A stretch of 16,183 bases of DNA. It comes from Candidatus Hadarchaeota archaeon (GTDB lineage: Archaea > CAYQAE01 > CAYVLA01). The notes under the pieces are model-generated. The model saw nothing but the letters and a program-made list of their open reading frames with translations, had not been told where the DNA came from and did no database searches. The stretch spans positions 1-16,183 of the forward strand of contig CAYVLA010000073.1 in NCBI GenBank assembly GCA_964452145.1. The letters are read 5' to 3'. The translations under genes and the position numbers were made by a program. This document shows, piece after piece, positions 1 through 5,196 of the stretch. Each line of letters opens with the position of its first letter. Position 1 is the stretch's first letter.

Positions 1-162
1 GGTTGAGTGTGACTCCAGTGTCGAGAAGGTGTCGCTGTATCTCCAATATTCCTCCAGGTCGGATCCGCTGTAGAATCTGACCTCCCAGTACCCGCATAAG
101 CAGGCAGTACACGATCCCACCACCACAGAGAGCGCCAACAGTCTCCCAATCCCAAGCAACAT
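1..162 (-). CDS. Hypothetical secreted protein, N-terminal part (runs off the window edge)
   Basis: Not in the ORF track. Manual translation from ATG 162 gives MLLGIGRLLALSVVVGSCTACLCGYWEVRFYSGSDLEEYWRYSDTFSTLESHST, open to position 1. It has a signal-peptide-like hydrophobic N-terminus, with a BRE/TATA-like element and a palindrome upstream. Confidence 0.6.
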   Translation of the reverse strand, partial: MLLGIGRLLALSVVVGSCTACLCGYWEVRFYSGSDLEEYWRYSDTFSTLESHST

Positions 163-197
163 ACCTCGACAACCTTGCTTCTAAGCAGGGCAGGTCC

Positions 198-212
198 TTG
201 ATAAGGCTTGCG
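198..212 (-). promoter_or_regulatory. BRE/TATA-like promoter of the 1..162 gene
   Basis: The minus strand reads CGCAAGC-CTTATCAA, ending 36 nt before the ATG. The geometry matches the promoter at 3190-3204. Confidence 0.5.
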
Positions 213-236
213 ATATTCACGGTCAGCGTGAACATC
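212..236. promoter_or_regulatory. Palindromic operator, copy 1
   Basis: GATATTCACG-GTCAG-CGTGAACATC: 10-bp arms with 1 mismatch and a 5-nt spacer, abutting the BRE. A near-identical copy lies at 3204-3228. Confidence 0.7.
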
Positions 237-361
237 CCATTCCTCCCCCCAGTTGCTCAGACTCATAACAAACACGATCGACAAGGCCTAGCTGTTCCTG
301 TCTACCATCCCATTACACATTTCCCCTAGCCTTAGGATCGGCGTGGAAATCACATGCCGCT

Positions 362-386
362 CACAATCACAGCTAGCGTGATCGTA
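362..386. promoter_or_regulatory. Degenerate third copy of the operator
   Basis: CACAATCACA-GCTAG-CGTGATCGTA keeps the TCAC(R)-N5-CGTGA core and a spacer ending in AG, like the other two copies. Confidence 0.35.
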
Positions 387-515
387 GTCGCTCACGTTCA
401 ATGTCGGAAACCACAACAGTCGTTGGTGTTGGGGCGCATCTAGGTTTTCGTTCTGATAACCTCGCTGCCTTCAATAGACCAGAGTTGTGTCGTGGTTGGT
501 TTGTGAGGAGCTAGG

Positions 516-521
516 TTATAT
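516..521 (+). promoter_or_regulatory. TATA-like box upstream of the WD40-like ORF
   Basis: TTATAT lies about 25 nt before the first possible start codon (TTG 546). Confidence 0.3.
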
Positions 522-611
522 GTCGGAAGGAGGACTGCCACAGGTTTGGAGACGGGTTGGCGGGAAGGAGTTGAAGGAGTGAGGGCGGCCCGGGCAGCGC
601 TGCGATACGCG

Positions 612-1019
612 ATGATCGATCAGCCCGCTGAATCGTTCCTCGGCCCGGTCTCACCCCCCAGGCCTGTTCGTCTTCCGGCTTTGGGCCGGTCGATGCTTGT
701 CGCCCTGATCCTGATCCCCGGGGCTTTGGGAGGCTTGGGCCTGGAGACACAATCACAAGAGGGACCAACCTTGGGGGTCGAGGCGGTGATCGGTCTGGGC
801 TGGTTGCAGGGCGCGTGGTTGAACCCTGCAGGCACCTTGCTCGCGACCTGCAGCGACGCGGACATACACCTGTGGCGTCCTGACGGCAGCCTGGCCTCAA
901 CCCTTCATGCACCAGAAGCTGTCTCTTTTGCTGCTCCCTTTTCACGTGGAGCGACAAGAGGGGCGGACCCCCGAGAGCATTGCCCCAAAGCAGAGCAGGC
1001 AAGTGACGCAGGGCAATAG
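612..1019 (+). pseudogene. Probable truncated secreted WD40-repeat protein
   Basis: A hydrophobic leader (MLVALILIPGALGGLG, ATG 693; alternative starts 612 and 546) is followed by one WD40-like blade (WLNPAGTLLATCSDADIHLWRPDGSLASTL). The frame then runs antisense into the convergent propeller gene and stops. Confidence 0.45.
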
Positions 1020-2489
1020 CACCTCGGCCATCGGGAACCAGAGCGAGTTGGAGTAGGCACCCTTCAGCAACAGCCAATCCTGATTCACCTGAGTACCAAG
1101 AGGATGCGCAGAGTGATAGTACTCAGGCCAATACGATCCAGCCGGAAATGCGCCGTTGAGTGTGAGGCAATAGACCTGGGTCTCGTAATGCGTCCGACCC
1201 TGAAGCTCGCAGATCCACTCGCTACACCCATCCTCGTCAACATCGCCCCACCAGCCACCGTTCTCGGCTGTCCGTCGAAACCAAACATGCTCGTCGAGAT
1301 AGTATGCCTTCGGTTCTCCGGTCACGCCACCCATTACTATCGGGTATGGGGCTTGAACAAGCACTTCCTGTCTGCCATCGCCGTCAACATCAGCTATCAG
1401 CTGGTAACACGAACTGACACCGTTGACCGCTCCTTCGGGAAGAACGCCCTCCTCAGACCACCCAGTCAGATTGACGTACCACTTCTCAAGGGGCAACGCA
1501 CCCCCAATGTCGATAGCATACAAACCGACGCTGGACATCACAACCATGTCCAAGCTGCCATCTTCGTCAACATCGCCAAAGGCCTGAAGAAAACGAATGC
1601 TGTTCGACACATTCTGATCGATTCGGGGGAGATCCCAGCTCCAAATCCGAGAACCCCAGAAACTGGCGCAAACAACCAGTCCTGGCCGATCCCCAGTCGA
1701 GTCACCCCATACGATGAGCTCGTACTCCCTATCACGGTTCACGTCCATGACGACCACAGGCTGAGCTACCCCCTTCACGCCAACATCAGACTGCCACCGT
1801 TCAGAACCGGTCCGGGCACTCAGGCAGTGGATCTTGCCGTCCTTGCCGAGGAACAGCAGCTCGAACTCGCCATCCTGATCTACATCCGCTATGGTCGGCT
1901 GAGCGTTGTTTGAACCACTGCCGGAAGGCACGCTCCATACGGTGAAGCCGTCATGGCCAATCCTGTGCACGAACCCCCAATCATCATTGACGAAGAACTC
2001 CATAAACCCATCTCCATCCACATCGCAGGCTTGAGGCGGTCCGAAGATACCTGCCCCGAGATTCGGATCATCCCAGACCCACAACAGCTCTCCATTGCCG
2101 TTCAGAACATGCAGCCCGTCGCCTGCAGCCAGGCACAGCTCGCATGTTCCGTCTTTGTTCACGTCCACCAACGAGACCTTGCCTGGATCGCCTTGCAGTC
2201 CATCTTGGTTCAGCGGTGGATAGATCCATTCAAAGTTTGCGTATGCGTCGAAGCACCATAGCCTCCTGCTGTGTCCTCTGCGGGTCCCGAAGATGATCTC
2301 GTTGATCCCGTCTCCGTCGATGTCCCAGACACTCTGGGATCCCATGTGCCCCGCACCAAACATGAAGGAGGAAAACACATCGCTTGTGTTCACTGCCCAC
2401 TTCATCGTGAGCCGGTCCAGCCCGGTCCCGGCGTTCCCCACGATCCAGACGGCCAGCAGACCAAGGATGAACGCTGAATCCTTCAGCAC
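942..2489 (-). CDS. Secreted, membrane-anchored FG-GAP/VCBS-like (DxDxDG repeat) beta-propeller protein
   Basis: Eight DxDxDG-type repeats: DIDGDG, DVNKDG, DVDGDG, DVDQDG, DVNRDR, DVDEDG, DVDGDG, DVDEDG. It has PQQ-like W motifs (TGSERW, NGELLW), an N-terminal hydrophobic leader, and a C-terminal hydrophobic tail followed by Arg residues. The start is uncertain: GTG 2489 was chosen, and the frame is open to 2537. Confidence 0.85.
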   Translation of the reverse strand: MLKDSAFILGLLAVWIVGNAGTGLDRLTMKWAVNTSDVFSSFMFGAGHMGSQSVWDIDGDGINEIIFGTRRGHSRRLWCFDAYANFEWIYPPLNQDGLQGDPGKVSLVDVNKDGTCELCLAAGDGLHVLNGNGELLWVWDDPNLGAGIFGPPQACDVDGDGFMEFFVNDDWGFVHRIGHDGFTVWSVPSGSGSNNAQPTIADVDQDGEFELLFLGKDGKIHCLSARTGSERWQSDVGVKGVAQPVVVMDVNRDREYELIVWGDSTGDRPGLVVCASFWGSRIWSWDLPRIDQNVSNSIRFLQAFGDVDEDGSLDMVVMSSVGLYAIDIGGALPLEKWYVNLTGWSEEGVLPEGAVNGVSSCYQLIADVDGDGRQEVLVQAPYPIVMGGVTGEPKAYYLDEHVWFRRTAENGGWWGDVDEDGCSEWICELQGRTHYETQVYCLTLNGAFPAGSYWPEYYHSAHPLGTQVNQDWLLLKGAYSNSLWFPMAEVLLPCVTCLLCFGAMLSGVRPSCRST

Positions 2490-2526
2490 ATCTCTCCCCG
2501 TCCCCTCCACTGGCTCTCCATCCACG

Positions 2527-3159
2527 TCATGCCCCAAACACCTTGAGCCATCGGCTGCAACTAGTGGTACCGTTGTTCACCTCCACATTACCTATCTGAC
2601 AGGTCACCGATGGCGAACTGAACTCAGCCCGGCAGAGGAATCTGAACTTGTACCTAGATGAATCGAAGTTGTGGGTGACCGTGAGGTCGTGGAGTGATGA
2701 GCTGGTCCAGGAGGTTTGTTCTGTCACATCGTCACCCCCGACATACGTCCAACCCCCGTTTTGCTCCCTGTACACGAAGAAGTAGGCCCGAATGAAGGCA
2801 CTGCTCGTTCCTGCCGAATCGCCACTCTCGGTATAGTCACATTCGAATCTGAGTGTGGCGTAGGTTCCGCCATCCAGTTCTCCCTCGTCGGTGTACCAGT
2901 AGTTCGACATTCCAAAGTAGCCAGATCCACTTCCGCTGTAGATGTACCCGGATCCACCATACATGTAATGCCAGGGACTCCAATAGTCGCATGTAACACT
3001 GGCATCTCCGGATTTCACCTCAAAGTGGCTGCCTTCAAAGTCGAAGTCATCATTAGAAAGAACCCACACTGGGAAGGTCGGAGAATAGACATCCACTACG
3101 CTTGTGAGCAAGCCCAGCACAAGCGACGTCATGGCGATTACTGTGCACTTGTCCCTCAT
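2527..3159 (-). CDS. Hypothetical secreted protein (Ser/Gly/Tyr-rich, predicted beta-rich)
   Basis: A signal-like leader (MRDKCTVIAMTSLVLGLLTSVV) starts at ATG 3159. This start is preferred to 3192 because the ATG at 3192 lies inside the TATA box. It sits directly upstream of the propeller gene, probably in an operon. Confidence 0.7.
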   Translation of the reverse strand: MRDKCTVIAMTSLVLGLLTSVVDVYSPTFPVWVLSNDDFDFEGSHFEVKSGDASVTCDYWSPWHYMYGGSGYIYSGSGSGYFGMSNYWYTDEGELDGGTYATLRFECDYTESGDSAGTSSAFIRAYFFVYREQNGGWTYVGGDDVTEQTSWTSSSLHDLTVTHNFDSSRYKFRFLCRAEFSSPSVTCQIGNVEVNNGTTSCSRWLKVFGA

Positions 3160-3189
3160 CTCGCCCCGATGCTCTCTCGCCGTAAAGCC

Positions 3190-3204
3190 CATAAAAGACT
3201 TTCG
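3190..3204 (-). promoter_or_regulatory. BRE/TATA promoter
   Basis: The minus strand reads CGAAAGT-CTTTTATG, a good BRE plus TATA, ending 31 nt before ATG 3159. Confidence 0.65.
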
Positions 3205-3228
3205 ATGTTCACGATTAGCGTGAACGTC
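3204..3228. promoter_or_regulatory. Palindromic operator, copy 2
   Basis: GATGTTCACG-ATTAG-CGTGAACGTC: 10-bp arms with 1 mismatch, at the same spacing to TATA as copy 1. Confidence 0.7.
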
Positions 3229-3619
3229 ACGTCGTCTTCAAGTCTTCTTCAGACTGACTCAGAATAGCGATCTATGGCCTTTGTTGCGATCAGCTTGTTG
3301 GCCACTGGGATATGCGAGCGAGACAGTAAGGCATCGACCGCGTAGAGATGGGATATACGAGAACGGTCCGCGTTGAGCGGAGCCGCATTGTGATCTCTCA
3401 TACCTGTGAGCCTCAGTGTGGTGCATCCAACGGATCCGTACCTATTCCAACAGGGTCGAAAGGGGAAAATACGCATACCTCCCCAAGATCCCATAGGTAG
3501 GTAAGTCCAAGAGACTCGAGATACGGGAGGCATATCACTCTTCATCCCAATCGTAAGTCGAGGGCGTCTACTGCGGATCCTCTGCCGATGGCTTGAGTCC
3601 TCCTTTTCGCAAGAGGCTT

Positions 3620-3729
3620 ACCGTTTGGTCCAGAGCCAGCTCCTCCACCCCGCCGGCAAGGCGTGCCTAAGCAAGGGGACTGGAGGAAGCCGGAATGGTG
3701 ATGCTCTGCCCTGCCCCCTGGGTGACGGT
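3620..3729. other. Nested inverted-repeat element (candidate structured RNA) just 3' of nrdG
   Basis: Nested helices 3620-3624/3725-3729, 3631-3636/3703-3708, 3641-3647/3681-3687 and 3648-3651/3675-3678 enclose two mini-hairpins. I do not recognise an RNA family. Confidence 0.3.
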
Positions 3730-3742
3730 TTCACATTCACAT

Positions 3743-4465
3743 TCACAGGTACTGGACCCCCATCTCCTTGCTCTTGACCCCGACATTGCCAACCCTCTTC
3801 TTCGCGATCCTGCCCAGCCTCGTCAGCTCGCGGTGGGTGGGGGGCTGCAGGGAGGAAAGGGACTTGTCCAGCAGATCGCCTTCGGGCCGGAACTGCTGCA
3901 GGTAGTACACGTCGCAGTCCCCGATCACGGCCGCGATCGCCTGGATGTCGTTGATGCCGACAAGGCCAGGGACCACCGTCGTTCGAATCTCCAGGAACAC
4001 ATCCGACTCCGCCGCCACCCTGTATGACTCCAGCACCCTCTCCACAATCCTCTCCGATACGCCTGCAACCTCCGGATACCTAGCGGGAGCAGCCTTGAGG
4101 TCTAGGCTGACCCGGTCAACCAAGCCCTCTGAGATCAGCTCTGCGAGGACATCCGGCCTTGAGCCGTTGGTATCGATGAGCACCCCCCTCTCTCTTTTTC
4201 TGACATAGGATGACAGCTGGCAGAGGGCTTCCTCCTGCAGCGTCGGCTCGCCGCCCGAGAAGACGACCCCGTCGATCCAGAGGCTGTTCTCCCTAATCGC
4301 CTCCTCGATCTCAGCGATGGGCCTTTCCCGGCCCGAGCCCAGGGGCACGATGCTTGCGTTCTGGCAGTAGCGACACCTGAAGTCGCACCCCGCGAACCAG
4401 ACTATCATGGCACACTTGCCGGGCCAATCCACCGTGGTGGGCACAAGGTAGTCGCCCAGCCTCAT
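3743..4465 (-). CDS. nrdG: Anaerobic ribonucleoside-triphosphate reductase activating protein (radical SAM activase)
   Basis: CxxxCxxC motif (GCDFRCRYCQN), plus TVDWPG, GVVFSGGEPTLQ, IDTNGS, LDLKA, EIRTTVVP and YYLQQF, as in archaeal NrdG-type activases. The start is ATG 4465 (alternative 4477). Confidence 0.85.
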   Translation of the reverse strand: MRLGDYLVPTTVDWPGKCAMIVWFAGCDFRCRYCQNASIVPLGSGRERPIAEIEEAIRENSLWIDGVVFSGGEPTLQEEALCQLSSYVRKRERGVLIDTNGSRPDVLAELISEGLVDRVSLDLKAAPARYPEVAGVSERIVERVLESYRVAAESDVFLEIRTTVVPGLVGINDIQAIAAVIGDCDVYYLQQFRPEGDLLDKSLSSLQPPTHRELTRLGRIAKKRVGNVGVKSKEMGVQYL

Positions 4466-4705
4466 GCTCGTCCCCATCTGGGGTTCTCGGATTGCCCGTT
4501 GCTTAAGAATAGTCCATCAGGCCCATCTGGCTCCCCATCTGAGGCCACGGTCCTTTCGCACCTAGAACAGAACAGAGTTCGGTTGCGTAATGCCCGAGTA
4601 GGCCGAAAACAGGAATATCGGGCTGATAGCCAATCCCATCGACCCATCCCGAGCCTTGCACCAAGGTAATCTCTTAAAGCCCCCGCTGCAGCATGGAGGC
4701 TTGAC

Positions 4706-5122
4706 TTGGGAGACGAATTCGACAGACTGACGAAGGCCATCGAGTTTGAGAGGACGCGTTCCAGGATGTCCATCCCCTCGGCCAAGCCGCTTCGTCGCCT
4801 TCTTGACGAGGAAAGCCCGCATCTTGCCTCCAAGGATGGGACTCGATACGCGGTGGATCGCCGCGACCTTGATCGGGTGACGTCGCTCCTGAGCGACGAG
4901 GAACAACGGGATGTCACTCTGCCCATATACCTGAGGCCGAGCCCAGGGCTGGGGCGTGGACTCTACCAGCTCCTCGGCGTGGGCACTGGAAGCGAGATGG
5001 AGAGGATGCATTCGAAGATCGTCTTCGGCCTCCTTGGCACGGCTCCGCACGCGTACCTGTACAACTGGGAGGTTCAGAGGCTCAAACGTGAGATGCCGTC
5101 CTTGATTCAGGTGCTCTACTAA
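4706..5122 (+). CDS. DUF61 (UPF0216)-like archaeal protein
   Basis: The segment KPLRRLLDEESPHLASKDGTRYAVDRRDL...VTLPIYL and the C-terminal EVQRLKREMPSLIQ resemble DUF61. TTG start with GGAGG at 4695-4699 and TATA-like CTTAAA near 4673. Confidence 0.7.
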   Translation: MGDEFDRLTKAIEFERTRSRMSIPSAKPLRRLLDEESPHLASKDGTRYAVDRRDLDRVTSLLSDEEQRDVTLPIYLRPSPGLGRGLYQLLGVGTGSEMERMHSKIVFGLLGTAPHAYLYNWEVQRLKREMPSLIQVLY

Positions 5123-5164
5123 TCAGGACTCGGAACGGCCTAGTACCAGAGCGGCATGAGCGGA

Positions 5165-5172
5165 GATATAAG
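5165..5172 (+). promoter_or_regulatory. TATA box of the glycoside hydrolase gene (probably leaderless)
   Basis: GATATAAG lies about 25 nt before ATG 5197, and no Shine-Dalgarno is evident. Confidence 0.5.
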
Positions 5173-5196
5173 AGAGGCCGACGGCACGGCCTTCGC

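Noticed and set aside
240..540. C/A-rich then G/T-rich skew with a loose inverted match (262-284 vs 485-507), a possible MITE
   Set aside because: The match needs gaps and mismatches in low-complexity sequence, and there is no target-site duplication or transposase.
1104..2661. Several plus-strand ORFs (up to 269 aa) opposite the propeller gene
   Set aside because: They are antisense shadows; the minus-strand frame carries the clear repeats.
212..3228. The palindromes read as CRISPR repeats or recombination/att sites
   Set aside because: There are only 2-3 copies with no regular spacing and no cas or integrase gene. Their fixed position against BRE/TATA fits transcription-factor sites better.
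3249..3545. 98-aa minus-strand ORF in the intergenic region
   Set aside because: It has no motif or convincing translation signals. It could be decayed coding sequence, but I cannot support that.
3580..3654. Minus-strand GGCGGGGTGGAGGAGCTGG resembles a tRNA 5' end
   Set aside because: There is no anticodon arm, no T-loop (GTTCRA) and no complementary acceptor strand.
3620..3735. Possible H/ACA guide RNA (stem followed by ACA)
   Set aside because: The ACA is about 24 nt from the upper stem rather than 14-16, and no clear K-turn is present. It is kept only as a generic structure.
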